Shown in pieces: positions 19,545 through 30,227 of a stretch of DNA of 64,000 nucleotides. This DNA is from Nitrospinaceae bacterium (GTDB lineage: Bacteria > Nitrospinota > Nitrospinia > Nitrospinales > VA-1): the NCBI GenBank assembly GCA_046754465.1, contig JBHHVU010000009.1, positions 17,735-81,734 of the forward strand, in the 5' to 3' direction. The notes under the pieces were generated by a model that saw only the letters and a list, made by a program, of their open reading frames with translations, was not told where the DNA came from and did not search any database. Position 1 is the stretch's first letter. Every line of letters starts with the position of its first letter. The position numbers were made by a program, and so were the translations under genes.

Positions 19545-22500
19545 TTAACGGTAATCGCCGGTCAGGTTGAATCCCGCCCAATAGGAGGGATGGGGATAGA
19601 GTTTCTTGACCAGCAACTGCGCCTTCCTCAGACTTTCCGCCTTGTTGTCACGGACGTAGTTACGGTAGAAATGCTTGATCAGGATGGCCGTGGAAATATC
19701 GCTCACCCGCCACAGGGAAGAAAGGATCGCGTGTGTTCCGGCGTAAATGAACGCGCGATTGAGTCCGACCAGTTCGTCCCCGCCAGTGATGTCCCCTAAT
19801 CCGGTCTGGCAGGCGCTGAGGGTCACGATGTCGGCATTGATTTGCAGGGAGAACACCTCATTCACCTCGAAATTCCCGTCCGCGTTCTCGTCCTTCGACA
19901 ACTTCAGGGAGGAAAACAGGGGATTGACCGGATCGAACTCACCGTGGGAGGCGATATGGATGATCCCATATTCGCCGATATGCTTGTTGAGCCAGCTTTC
20001 CGTCGCTTTTTCCCGGGTCAGGACATCGATCTTCGGAAAATCCCATTGGATGGATTTGGCCTCCATTTCCGCCAGTGGCAGATCGTAATTTAAGTCCCCC
20101 AGGTCGGGATTTCCCAGGGCCAGGACTTTCACCGAGGGTCCCTTGGCGAATTTTCTCTTAAAGGTGAATTTGAGGACCGAGGCGCTGGGCGAATAAAACA
20201 ACGGGTGCCGCTCGACCAGGTACCCCCCGGCATCTTTCAGGGACGCGAAGGAAATATAGTGTAAAAACCCGTTGGGAACGATGCCGAGGACGCGTTTTCC
20301 CGATATCAGTTTCCGGATGGGTTGGATCAGCAGGCCATGGAGCCGGGCGGACTGGTCCTCCACCGGAGCCAGTTGCTGCATACGTTTCCGGTAATCCTTG
20401 ATCAATGCGTTGAGGTCCGCCTCGGTGACGGGGGTGCGCACCACATCGATCCGGCCCTTGACCACCACCCAGGTGACCAGTTCCTTATCGGTCACCAGGT
20501 ATTCAATCAGTGCCACCGGGAGCTCCAGCAGGTCATCTAATTCCTGGAGAGTGATGGAATCGACGGTGACGAAGGCGGAAATTTCCGGGCTTTGCTCCTT
20601 GGCCTCGATCAACAAATCCTGGTAACGGTTGCGCGCTTCCACCAGTTGCTTCCGGAGACGTTTGGCCGCTTCCTCGTCATCCCGAGAGCGAGCTTCCCCC
20701 ACCCCTTCCTCGATCTTGCGGATTTTCTTTTTCTGTCCGGTCAGGGCGTCGTACAGTTTTTGGCTGACCTCGTTCTTCAAACTGATTCTTTGGTTGCCCA
20801 GCAGATCGATAAAACTTCTCGACTTCGCCCGCTCGGCGAAGTTGAACGATTCCTCGACGCGTCCCATGTCGAGAAGCAGGAGGATCAGTTCCTTGTACAC
20901 GTCCTGTTTGTCGGTGAGGAACCCGTTCTGGAATTCCTCGACCTTGATGGCGGCGCGCATCCGGTCGACGATTTTCACCGCCTGTTTATAAACCTTCACC
21001 GCCTCGGCCCGATTCCTGGACGCGGCGAGGCAAACCCCCTCCCCCCTCAGGGCGCGCCAGTGCACTTCCTGGATATTCAGCGCCGCGGCCATTTGGGCGG
21101 TGCCGCGGAAAATGCCGATGGCTTCCTTACAGTTTTTTCTTTCCAGGTTCACGTGGCCCAGCTCGAGCATGGACTTGACCAGGTTGGTCTTGTTCCCGAT
21201 TTCACGGCTGAGGTCCACCGCCTGCTTGATGTGGGTTTCCGCCTCATCCGTTTTTCCCATGCGCAGATAGCTCATCCCCATGTTGCGGTGGGTGTACCCC
21301 TGGCCCCATTTGGATTTCAGTTCGATATCCTTTTCCAGCGCCTTCTTGAAAAACTCGATGGATTTCTCGTAGCGTTTGTCCTTGCGATGAACGAGGCCGA
21401 TGTTGTTGTACGCCGTGGCGATGTCCAGGGGGGATTGGACCTCTTTCGCCAGTTCCAGGCTGTGGTTCAGGTGCGTGAGGGCGCGGGGGGAATCGTTCAG
21501 GGTCCAGTAGATCAACCCCAGCGTGTTGTAGATGAATGCCTGCTGACGCTTGTCGCCAGCGGCCTGGGCGATTTTCAGCGACTCTTTCTGGAACCGGAAG
21601 GCTTTCTGGTAGTTTCCCTGGTACCAGTGGGAATTGGCCTGGTACAGCAAGGCCTTGGAAAGGCCCTGCCGGAAATCGCCGTCCGTGGCCAGGGACTGGG
21701 CTTTCCCGTAATAATTCAGCGCCTGGGTGAAATCCCCTTCCTTTTCGGAGACCAGGCCGAGTTCCAGCAGCGTTTCCACGATCTGTTCCGGGTAGCCCTG
21801 CGCTTCAAACAAGTCATACGCCTGTTGAAAATATTTCCTGGCCTCGGAGTACTGGTTCAGCCGCAAATAATAGATTCTCCCGATGCGCCGCAGCTCGCGT
21901 CCCTTGTTCAAATCCTCCCCGATTTCATCATTGATTTTCAGGGACGCGCGAAATGCTTTCAGGGCCTGGCCATAATCGAGCGCGTTTTCCTCGACGATGC
22001 CGAGAGTGCTGTAACTTTCCGCCAGCCGGTCCAGGATGCCATTTTCCTCAAAAATGGACAGGGCTTTTCGCAAGGTTTCCACCGAAACGGAATAGTTCTC
22101 CGCCCGCGAATAAAGAATGCCCAGAAAATAGAGGGCGTCGGCCAGTTCTTCGGGGTCCTCCTGTTTCCCGGCCCATTTCAGGAGGGCCGTCTGGTAATGG
22201 ATGGCCTTGGGATAATCGCCCATGTTGTACGCGGCCTGGCCGAGCGTCTTGTAAATGCGATCGGCGAAGTTTTGTCCGGGAAGGAAATCGATGAGAACCA
22301 GCGCTTTTTCCAGATAATCGATCGCACGGATCCAGTCCTTTTCCTCCAGGAACGCCTTCGCGCCTATCTGGGCGTTTTCCTTGAAATGGGCGTGGGCGAA
22401 CCGGGTTTTCTCCTCTTTCCCCATTCCGGGAAACCCGTAGACCCGGTAACCCGTCCACGCCAGCGACCCCGGATGCCGCTTGGCGATTTCGATTTGCGCC

Positions 22501-25500
22501 CGGCGCAGGGCCTCGGCGGGATTTCCCTCGCGGAAATCGCGGTAAAACAACTCCGTGAGTTCCGCGTGAATTTCAGGATCGAAGGCGCCCGTCCGCAAGA
22601 GAATTCCCGGATATCCTTTGGCCACCAGGCCCTGGATCAACGGCGCCGTCGGGGAAAGTCCGATCTCCGGATGGAACTCGTAAGTCACATCGGTCAAAGC
22701 GATGAAATTCGATTCAACCGGATCGGCGAACAAGTCCGCCAGAGGGATCCGTTCAAAACGGTTCGAGCCGCGTCCCAACCGGATATAAGAACTGGCCGGG
22801 TCGAGCCGGCCGAGGCGGGTTTCACTTGCGACGTGGATCACCCCGTAGTATTTCCATTGCGACTGAAACCGGCCGCGGTTCGCCTCCTCCCCGGTCAGAT
22901 TGACCGCCGAGGCGAATTTTCGGGAAATCGTGCCGAACTTAGAAACCTCCACCCCCAGAAACCGCGAATTGTACAGGTTCTTCTTCGACTCCGCCTGTTG
23001 CAACTGGTGCAGCGAAGACAGGAAGGTGATGGGCATCATTTCCGCGAGAGATCGATCCGCTGGCCGCAAGGCCGCCCAGGGAAGAAACTCCAAATCCCCG
23101 TCCGCAATAATGAGGAGAGAAGAAGCCTTCTCCAAAGACTCCTTGACCGGTTTCACCAGCAGGCGGGATAAATCCTCAAGGTCGGAAGGCTGAGCCTTCG
23201 CCCCTTCCCCGACCAGCCGGGTGATCCGGTGCCCCCCCCCGGCACCTAGAGGTACACGGATCCCCTGGATGGATGCGGCATCCACCCGCCATACCAGAAT
23301 GCCGTCAAACACCTTCTGGACCTTGAGGAGAAGTTCCCCGGGACGCAGCAATCCCTGAATCTCTTTCAGACCGGGCACCTCTGGAGCAAACAGGGAAGCC
23401 AGGACGGGGTCCTCCTCGCGCAACAGTTCCAGAACCTCCTGGTATTCCTCAAGGATTTCTTCCTCGCCGGATTCTTGGTCCGGAGCGGATTTTCTTGAGG
23501 AGGCCAAATCCTCCAGCCGCTTGGCGTAACCGCTCAATTCATCGACAAAGGATCGTCGGTCCTCATTTACGGGATAAAAGCTGGGCCTGAGCGACAACAA
23601 AAGTTGCTGGTGTCCCTTCTCGGAAAAGTGGAGCGCCCGGGCGAACTGTTTTTTATCGAACAGCACGCGGGTGATCGCCAGGTACAAGTCCTCCAGCAAT
23701 GCCAGCGTGGAGGAATCCTTACCCACCGCTCCAAAAGGAAGACGGCTCAAAAGTCCTTCCGCTTCCAAGAGGAGAGGCAGACGCTTTTCCGGCGGCGCCA
23801 TCAGGGAATCGATGTATTTGCGTTTCCAGCGCATCGCGGGCCGTTCCGGCGGGGAAGGATTTTCCCGCGCCTCCCCCTTTCTCCCCGCCAGATAGTAGGT
23901 CAGTTCCAGATTTTGCTTCAGCGCGGGTTCCATTTTGTCCCGCGGCAGCCCGCTTTGACGGAGGAGGGATAGACCCTCCTCGAAATACCGGATGGACTGG
24001 TTCACACGTTGGACGGCCGCTTTCAATTTCCCCGCCGTTTCCCGGATGAGCGTCCTGGAAGGAACGCTCTGGCTCCCCGGCCGGGCCCGGTCGGTCAAGC
24101 GGAAACCCAGGTAGTGGTTGAAAATCCCCAGGTAGTTCTTGATGAGAACGATATATTCCGGACTGGTGAATTCCTCGATAGGTCCGAGGCCCGCCGAAGC
24201 TTCCTCCAAAAGATGGATGGTATTTTCGATGGGGTCACGCAAGGTGAACAGGGGCCGGTTTTGACACTGGGTGAATACGGCCTTGGCGATATTGGCCGCG
24301 TTCACCACGATGCCCCGCTTGTTGTTCAACCGCCGGCTGAGTTGGTAGGAGTCCTTAAAATAACCGATACTGGAATCGTAATGGCCGCCGTGGTAAAGAT
24401 AGTTTCCGATCTGGTTTTCAATCAGCGCCTTCTCCAGAAGGACGGGGATGTTTTTCTCGACATCCAGATTTTCGGGGATGAGGGCGAGTTTTTTCTGGAA
24501 ATATTCCACCGCCTTGTCGTAATCGCCGAAATCGCCGTAGATCTTGCCGATGTAATGAAAGATCAGTTTCTGTTCGCCGGTTTTATCGAATCCCCTGGCA
24601 GCCCCCGAGGCGTCGGCATCGATTCCGGTTTCGATTTCGATGCCGATCAACGCGTCGTTTTTCTTCCCCGCCGCCCGTTGCACCACCCCGAATTTCTCCA
24701 GGTTGTCGATGGCCTGAAAATAAATACTGAGCGCCTGGTTCAGGGACTTGGGATCGGGCTCCTTTTTTTGCCGGTTCAAGGTGAACAGATTGTTGGCGAT
24801 GTTTCTCAGCGTCCTGGAAAGAGAAACCTGGTTTCCCGCCTTGCGGTTGAGCTCCAGGGCTTTGGAAAAATACTCCACGGCCCGGGCGGCATCCCCGGTA
24901 TCCTGGTAAACCAGGGCGATCCGGTCGTTGAGTTCGGCCATGCGGCCCGGATCATTTTTCTTCGAAACTATTTTGAGCGCCTTCTTGAATTGAGCGGCGG
25001 CCACCGCGGGAAAACCGGACTTGAAAGCGCTCTCCCCAAATCGCTGCCGGAAAATGGCTTCACGGTTGGGATCGTAAAAGGGAAACCCGCTGGCACCCCT
25101 TTGCCGGTAATAGTGGTAGGCGGAAAAATGGTTTTTCAAAAGGTAATGACCATTTCCCAAATTCAGGAGCAGGTTGTTCTCGTTTTCCGCGTCGGTGGTT
25201 TCATCGTTGAGGGCGAGTGCCATGCGGTATTCATTCAAGGCCCGCTCCAGAAAGCCCTGCCCCGGGACGCTCCGTTCCTTCTGCTCAAAGACCCACCCCA
25301 GCGTCTGGTGAAAAAACACCTGTTGGGCATTGATGGCGATCGCTTTCGAGATTTCGCGTTCCGCCGCGTCCAGGCCGGGCGGGTCGAGGTAGGTGTAGGC
25401 CAGTCCCAGGGCGTAACGATCGACCGCGGAATCCTCGCGGACTTTTAACCGGTTCTTGTAAAACCCGATGGCCTTTTCCACTTTTTTCAAACGCGCACTG

Positions 25501-27569
25501 GCATCGAGATAACCCCGGTGCGCCTTCACGGTCCCTGGATCGAAATCGATCACCTTGAGAAAGGTTTTCACCGCCAGCTTGACCTCGCCGACCCTCAGTT
25601 CCCAGGTCCCCTTTTCAAGCGATTTGCGGATCCATCCTTCCCGGGCCTTCCTGAGATGATCTTCCAGGGAGACGTCCTGCCGGGAAATTTTCCGGTAAAT
25701 CGCCAGGCTTTGGCCGAAGTTTTCCTCTTCCGAGTAAATATTCGCCAGCGCCACCTGGGCCTTGAATGCCTCGGAGGCCGCCGATGAAAAACGCGTGATG
25801 GTTTTTTTGTAGGCTTCCTTGGCCAGAAGATTTTCATTGGCGCGGTGGTAAAGTTCCCCGATCCGGTTCTGCACCGCCGCCGCCAGACGCGGAAGGTCCT
25901 TGTATTGAACCGTCAGGGTTTGCAGGCTGGAAACCTTCAATTCCAGGGTGGGTTGTTTCTCGTGCAGGTTGAGAATTTCCTGAATGGCTTTTTGCGACCA
26001 GGTCTCCACATCGTAATAATCGCGAACCACCTGCACGAACGCCTCGACCAGCCGTTTCTGGTCCCCCACGAGGGAATAGATTCCGCTCTGGGAAAACGCG
26101 GCCTCCGCCGCGAGAAACCTCTGGGACGGATATTGACGGGTCACCTTTTTATAAAAGTCCAACGCCTGGCTGGGACGGTCCAGCTTGAGGAGCAAATGAC
26201 CCTTTTCCAAAAGGGCCCGGGCCGCAATATGCGGCTGGTCTTTTGCCTCCCCGGCGATCTGTTTCAGATGCACCAGCCCCTTTTGCAGTTTTTCCCGGTA
26301 TAGGGTCTGGCCTTCCTGCCGAGAGCGATCCAGCTGCAACAGCAGGAGATCGATTTTCGCTAGTCCCTGGTATTCCGGTGAATCCGAATGTTTTTTTAGG
26401 ATGTCCCCGAACCGCCTGGCGGCGCTCTCCAAGTGTCCCAATTTCTGATAATCGCGGGCCAGCCGGTAACGAATGCGGCCCAGGCTTCTCTCGCCCGCGA
26501 ACTGTTGGATCACATTGGTATAGACCAAAAGGCACGGGTATGAGGGCGTCTGCCCCGAACACAGGTCCCCCGCTACTTGCAGGGTGGCTCCGTACCCCGA
26601 GGCCCCGGGCATGAGGCCCTCGGGAGGGATTTTCCAGATATCGATCCCGTTCTTTCGATGGGAGGTGAATAACAGCCCCTCCCCGGCGGGGCCGGGGGCC
26701 GGAAGCAGATCGTAGGTCGAACTATCGGTCAACTGCCTCAAAAGGCCCCCTTTCATGGGGGTGAATTCGATACTCCAGATATTCGGATTATCGTCGATGG
26801 TCACCTGTCCGTCGAAATTCGTATCGTCCCGGTACCGGGTGAAATAAATGAGTCCGCCGTCCCGCCGCCAGGCCGGTGAGACATCGATATCGTTCCCCGA
26901 GGTGAGGCGGACCCGTTGGCCGGTCGTCAGTTCGAGAACCCAGAGATTGCGTTTTCCATCGCCGGACACATAGGCCAGGTATCGGCCGTCCGGGGAGACC
27001 GCGGGGTTGACCCCCGCCTCCTCCACGTTAGACCGGACGAGAGTCTTCAACTCGATCCGGAAGATCCCCTGTTTTCCGGTTTCCGGATGCGTCGAGGTGA
27101 AATAAATGAAATTTCCGTCCGGGCTCCATGCGGGATCGAGGTCCGCCGTGGCGGCCGGAGTGAGCCGTAGCAACTTGGGAGGCGTCCCGCCCCCCCGCTC
27201 GTCGAGATCGAGCACGTAGAGATCGCCCTTGGGATCGGACCGGTGGGAAACAAACGCGATCCGGCGTCCATCGGGACTGAATTTCGGGGAATTGTCCTGG
27301 GCGCTGTGAACCGTCAATGGCTCATCCGGAGGGGGCACACCCGGGCCCAGGTGTTTCAGCCACAGATCCAGATGGCCGGACTGGCCGGAGACATAAACCA
27401 TGAGTTTCCCGTCCGGGGATATATCGGCGGCGAAATCCTCGCCCGGATGGGTCGTGATCTGCACGGGCTTGTTAAAAAGGGCCTCCGCCCCCAGGACGGC
27501 GGGAGGGGAAAAACTTAAAATCAGGAAAAAAATCGCGATGGAAATCCTGGATAATTTCTGAGGGTCCAT
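19545..27569 (-). CDS. Giant exported protein: TolB-like/PD40 propeller + TPR arrays + degenerate CHAT + TPR + intact CHAT (caspase-like) protease
   Basis: Signal peptide after M at 27569; repeated SPDG/PAWS blades; many TPRs; C-terminal IIHIASHG and VTLSACQTG...YWAGF. Confidence 0.9.
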   Translation of the reverse strand: MDPQKLSRISIAIFFLILSFSPPAVLGAEALFNKPVQITTHPGEDFAADISPDGKLMVYVSGQSGHLDLWLKHLGPGVPPPDEPLTVHSAQDNSPKFSPDGRRIAFVSHRSDPKGDLYVLDLDERGGGTPPKLLRLTPAATADLDPAWSPDGNFIYFTSTHPETGKQGIFRIELKTLVRSNVEEAGVNPAVSPDGRYLAYVSGDGKRNLWVLELTTGQRVRLTSGNDIDVSPAWRRDGGLIYFTRYRDDTNFDGQVTIDDNPNIWSIEFTPMKGGLLRQLTDSSTYDLLPAPGPAGEGLLFTSHRKNGIDIWKIPPEGLMPGASGYGATLQVAGDLCSGQTPSYPCLLVYTNVIQQFAGERSLGRIRYRLARDYQKLGHLESAARRFGDILKKHSDSPEYQGLAKIDLLLLQLDRSRQEGQTLYREKLQKGLVHLKQIAGEAKDQPHIAARALLEKGHLLLKLDRPSQALDFYKKVTRQYPSQRFLAAEAAFSQSGIYSLVGDQKRLVEAFVQVVRDYYDVETWSQKAIQEILNLHEKQPTLELKVSSLQTLTVQYKDLPRLAAAVQNRIGELYHRANENLLAKEAYKKTITRFSSAASEAFKAQVALANIYSEEENFGQSLAIYRKISRQDVSLEDHLRKAREGWIRKSLEKGTWELRVGEVKLAVKTFLKVIDFDPGTVKAHRGYLDASARLKKVEKAIGFYKNRLKVREDSAVDRYALGLAYTYLDPPGLDAAEREISKAIAINAQQVFFHQTLGWVFEQKERSVPGQGFLERALNEYRMALALNDETTDAENENNLLLNLGNGHYLLKNHFSAYHYYRQRGASGFPFYDPNREAIFRQRFGESAFKSGFPAVAAAQFKKALKIVSKKNDPGRMAELNDRIALVYQDTGDAARAVEYFSKALELNRKAGNQVSLSRTLRNIANNLFTLNRQKKEPDPKSLNQALSIYFQAIDNLEKFGVVQRAAGKKNDALIGIEIETGIDADASGAARGFDKTGEQKLIFHYIGKIYGDFGDYDKAVEYFQKKLALIPENLDVEKNIPVLLEKALIENQIGNYLYHGGHYDSSIGYFKDSYQLSRRLNNKRGIVVNAANIAKAVFTQCQNRPLFTLRDPIENTIHLLEEASAGLGPIEEFTSPEYIVLIKNYLGIFNHYLGFRLTDRARPGSQSVPSRTLIRETAGKLKAAVQRVNQSIRYFEEGLSLLRQSGLPRDKMEPALKQNLELTYYLAGRKGEARENPSPPERPAMRWKRKYIDSLMAPPEKRLPLLLEAEGLLSRLPFGAVGKDSSTLALLEDLYLAITRVLFDKKQFARALHFSEKGHQQLLLSLRPSFYPVNEDRRSFVDELSGYAKRLEDLASSRKSAPDQESGEEEILEEYQEVLELLREEDPVLASLFAPEVPGLKEIQGLLRPGELLLKVQKVFDGILVWRVDAASIQGIRVPLGAGGGHRITRLVGEGAKAQPSDLEDLSRLLVKPVKESLEKASSLLIIADGDLEFLPWAALRPADRSLAEMMPITFLSSLHQLQQAESKKNLYNSRFLGVEVSKFGTISRKFASAVNLTGEEANRGRFQSQWKYYGVIHVASETRLGRLDPASSYIRLGRGSNRFERIPLADLFADPVESNFIALTDVTYEFHPEIGLSPTAPLIQGLVAKGYPGILLRTGAFDPEIHAELTELFYRDFREGNPAEALRRAQIEIAKRHPGSLAWTGYRVYGFPGMGKEEKTRFAHAHFKENAQIGAKAFLEEKDWIRAIDYLEKALVLIDFLPGQNFADRIYKTLGQAAYNMGDYPKAIHYQTALLKWAGKQEDPEELADALYFLGILYSRAENYSVSVETLRKALSIFEENGILDRLAESYSTLGIVEENALDYGQALKAFRASLKINDEIGEDLNKGRELRRIGRIYYLRLNQYSEARKYFQQAYDLFEAQGYPEQIVETLLELGLVSEKEGDFTQALNYYGKAQSLATDGDFRQGLSKALLYQANSHWYQGNYQKAFRFQKESLKIAQAAGDKRQQAFIYNTLGLIYWTLNDSPRALTHLNHSLELAKEVQSPLDIATAYNNIGLVHRKDKRYEKSIEFFKKALEKDIELKSKWGQGYTHRNMGMSYLRMGKTDEAETHIKQAVDLSREIGNKTNLVKSMLELGHVNLERKNCKEAIGIFRGTAQMAAALNIQEVHWRALRGEGVCLAASRNRAEAVKVYKQAVKIVDRMRAAIKVEEFQNGFLTDKQDVYKELILLLLDMGRVEESFNFAERAKSRSFIDLLGNQRISLKNEVSQKLYDALTGQKKKIRKIEEGVGEARSRDDEEAAKRLRKQLVEARNRYQDLLIEAKEQSPEISAFVTVDSITLQELDDLLELPVALIEYLVTDKELVTWVVVKGRIDVVRTPVTEADLNALIKDYRKRMQQLAPVEDQSARLHGLLIQPIRKLISGKRVLGIVPNGFLHYISFASLKDAGGYLVERHPLFYSPSASVLKFTFKRKFAKGPSVKVLALGNPDLGDLNYDLPLAEMEAKSIQWDFPKIDVLTREKATESWLNKHIGEYGIIHIASHGEFDPVNPLFSSLKLSKDENADGNFEVNEVFSLQINADIVTLSACQTGLGDITGGDELVGLNRAFIYAGTHAILSSLWRVSDISTAILIKHFYRNYVRDNKAESLRKAQLLVKKLYPHPSYWAGFNLTGDYR

Positions 27570-27944
27570 ATCCGCGGCCTCAAACCTCCAAGAGGTTGGA
27601 AGGGTGTTAGGTGGTTTTATTATAACCCGAAAGGGAACGGGGCGGAGTGCCTCCGCGGGCAATTTGTCATACTTTCATATAGCGGACAAAGGTTGACTGG
27701 CGATGATGCCATGACCTATCTCCCTCCCCGCGAGGCGGGGGGCGGAGAATCGCCGTCACGCGGGAATTTTCCCCCGTAAAAACCGGTTTTACCCATTTCT
27801 CGCGGGAATAGGGGACGCATGGATGAAACATTCCCTTGAAAAAGAAGATGAAATGGATTACAAAACGCACTACACGGCAAAACCGGAGCTATCCCGTGGT
27901 CCGGTTTCCTAATTCCCCGCAGCATATCGAAATTAAACAGAATA

Positions 27945-29471
27945 ATGAACATCCAAATTAATTTCGCGGATATGGACTGGCTGGCGCTCGCCCCTGAGCT
28001 GATCGTGTTCTTCACCGCCATGATCATTTTGCTGGCGGGATTGAACAAAGTTATCAACTCGAACTCCATATTGTCCAAAATTTCCCTGGCCGGGGTTTTG
28101 GCCGCGTTAGGGTTTTCTTTTTATCTCTGGACCCTGGCGCCCAATGCGGGGAATGGAGAAAGCCCCGAAATTTTCAGCCATGCCCTCATCTATGACCGGT
28201 TTTCTCTGAGTTTTAACATTATATTCCTGATAATGTCCCTGTTTACGATTTTCGGTTCGGTGCGCTACCCTCAGCCCGACCACGAAAACAAGGCGGAATA
28301 TTTTACCTTGGTCCTGATCGCCGTGATGGGAATGATGTTTCTCGCCAAGGCGGGTAACCTGATCATCGCCTTCCTTTCCCTGGAGATCTTTTCCATCTCT
28401 CTTTACATCCTGTGCGGGTTTTCCGCCAAGCACGGGACCGGACGCGAAAGCCCCACGGAATCCCCGCAACTGACCTGGGCTTGTCTTTCATCGCAGGAAT
28501 CGACCGTCAAATACCTGCTGACGGGAGCTTTCGCGTCGGCCATCCTGGTCTATGGCATGGCGCTCATTTACGCGGGCACGGGAACGACGGAAATCAGGCT
28601 CATCGGCCAACTGCTGAAGGAGAACCCCTACAGTTCGAACATCCTGGTCTATATCGGCATGGCCCTGATGTTCTCGGGGCTGGCCTTCAAGGTGTCCCTG
28701 GTCCCTTTCCATTCCTGGACGCCGGACGTGTACCAGGGCGCTCCGACCCCCATCACCGGTTTCATGTCCGTCGCCACCAAGGCGGCGGCTTTCGCCCTCA
28801 TCGCCAGAATATTCTTTGTCGCCTTGCCGCAAATCAAGGATATCTGGATGCCCTTCCTGTTTGGCATTTCGGTGCTCACCATGCTCGTTGGCAATATCGC
28901 CGCGATTTTCCAGGACGACGTCAAACGCATGCTGGCCTATTCCGGCGTCGCCCACGCGGGGTACCTGCTGATCGGGATCGTGGCCAACACCCAGGACGGC
29001 GTGGCCAGCATCCTTTTTTACCTGGCGGTTTACCTGTTCATGAATATCGGGGCCTTCGCGGTAGTCTTCATCGTGGAGGGGGAAGGACAGGAGGGGAACT
29101 CCATTTACCGATTTAAGGGCCTGGCCAAGAGGTGTCCCCTTCTTGCCGCGGCCATGAGTCTGTTCATGGTCTCCCTGGCGGGGGTTCCCCCGACAGCGGG
29201 ATTCTTCGGAAAACTTTATGTGTTCGTCGCCGCGATCAAGGCAGGGTACACCCTGATCACGGTGCTGGCCGTCATCGCCAGCGTGATCTCGGTTTATTTT
29301 TACCTGCGGGTGATCGTGATGATGTATTTCCACCCGGACGAAGAAAAAACACCCTTTGTCATCAATCGCGGGATGGCAACCATCGTTACGGTGAGTTCAC
29401 TGGCCATCCTCATTATCGGGCTCTATCCCTCTCACCTGATGCAACTTGCGCTGAAATCCCTCCCCTTCTAG
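27945..29471 (+). CDS. nuoN: NADH-quinone oxidoreductase subunit N (stand-alone)
   Basis: FKVSLVPFHSWTPDVYQGAPTP, KRMLAYSGVAHAGY, SLAGVPPTAGFFGK. Confidence 0.93.
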   Translation: MNIQINFADMDWLALAPELIVFFTAMIILLAGLNKVINSNSILSKISLAGVLAALGFSFYLWTLAPNAGNGESPEIFSHALIYDRFSLSFNIIFLIMSLFTIFGSVRYPQPDHENKAEYFTLVLIAVMGMMFLAKAGNLIIAFLSLEIFSISLYILCGFSAKHGTGRESPTESPQLTWACLSSQESTVKYLLTGAFASAILVYGMALIYAGTGTTEIRLIGQLLKENPYSSNILVYIGMALMFSGLAFKVSLVPFHSWTPDVYQGAPTPITGFMSVATKAAAFALIARIFFVALPQIKDIWMPFLFGISVLTMLVGNIAAIFQDDVKRMLAYSGVAHAGYLLIGIVANTQDGVASILFYLAVYLFMNIGAFAVVFIVEGEGQEGNSIYRFKGLAKRCPLLAAAMSLFMVSLAGVPPTAGFFGKLYVFVAAIKAGYTLITVLAVIASVISVYFYLRVIVMMYFHPDEEKTPFVINRGMATIVTVSSLAILIIGLYPSHLMQLALKSLPF

Positions 29472-29762
29472 CAACAAAAAAGTTCGTTGCCTCCGTCTTT
29501 TGAAACCGCCGCTTCTCCGCCGCCTCCCGGTTCCCTTATCCGAAACTATCGCTTCTGTTGAAAAAATGCAACGGGGGCCTATATTTATTAGGAGGGGCAG
29601 GGATATCTCCCGAAAATTTAAAGGAAACCTATCCGGCAAGGAGTTCAAGGCCGGGATTGAAGGATCAATTGGCGTGACCCGTGAAATGTGCGGCGGATCG
29701 TGCGCGTTTCCAATTGATTTCATATATGAATTGAGGCATATTGAGGGCCTCTCAATCAACCC

Positions 29763-30227
29763 ATGGTGATCCAAATGCTTACGAAGAATTCGTTGGGCCG
29801 AATTTTTATTCTGATTTGGATGGGAAGTTTTTGGGTTTTTCCTGGAACATCGCTCGCCGACGCAAATGAAAAGTTGGGGATGATAAACATCCAACAGGTG
29901 GAGGCGGAACGGGCGATCAGTCAGAAACCCTTGATCGACACGACCGATTTCTACGTGGAAAACAACCTACAAACCGGTGACTTCATACAACCCGATTTGT
30001 TCACTGCCGGTATTGGAGGGGATTTCAGGCTTAACCTGGGTGATATTCGAAAGAATCGGGAGTTTGATCAGGGAATTCGAGGTCCGGGCGTGGACCTGTT
30101 CTTCGCGCATACCTTGGATACCGGCAGAATCGAACCGGGCAGTGAGGAAAAGGCGGGAGTCCTCCTCCAAATCCAGGAATCCCAGGGCAGCATTTTCAAA
30201 CAACTGAATTTCCTTTTCAACAGATAA
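29763..30227 (+). CDS. Hypothetical exported protein
   Basis: 154 aa with a signal-peptide-like N-terminus ending in SLA-DA. Confidence 0.65.
   Translation: MVIQMLTKNSLGRIFILIWMGSFWVFPGTSLADANEKLGMINIQQVEAERAISQKPLIDTTDFYVENNLQTGDFIQPDLFTAGIGGDFRLNLGDIRKNREFDQGIRGPGVDLFFAHTLDTGRIEPGSEEKAGVLLQIQESQGSIFKQLNFLFNR

Noticed and set aside
20592..25448. 859-aa and 479-aa plus-strand ORFs
   Set aside because: Antisense shadows of the TPR-CHAT gene.
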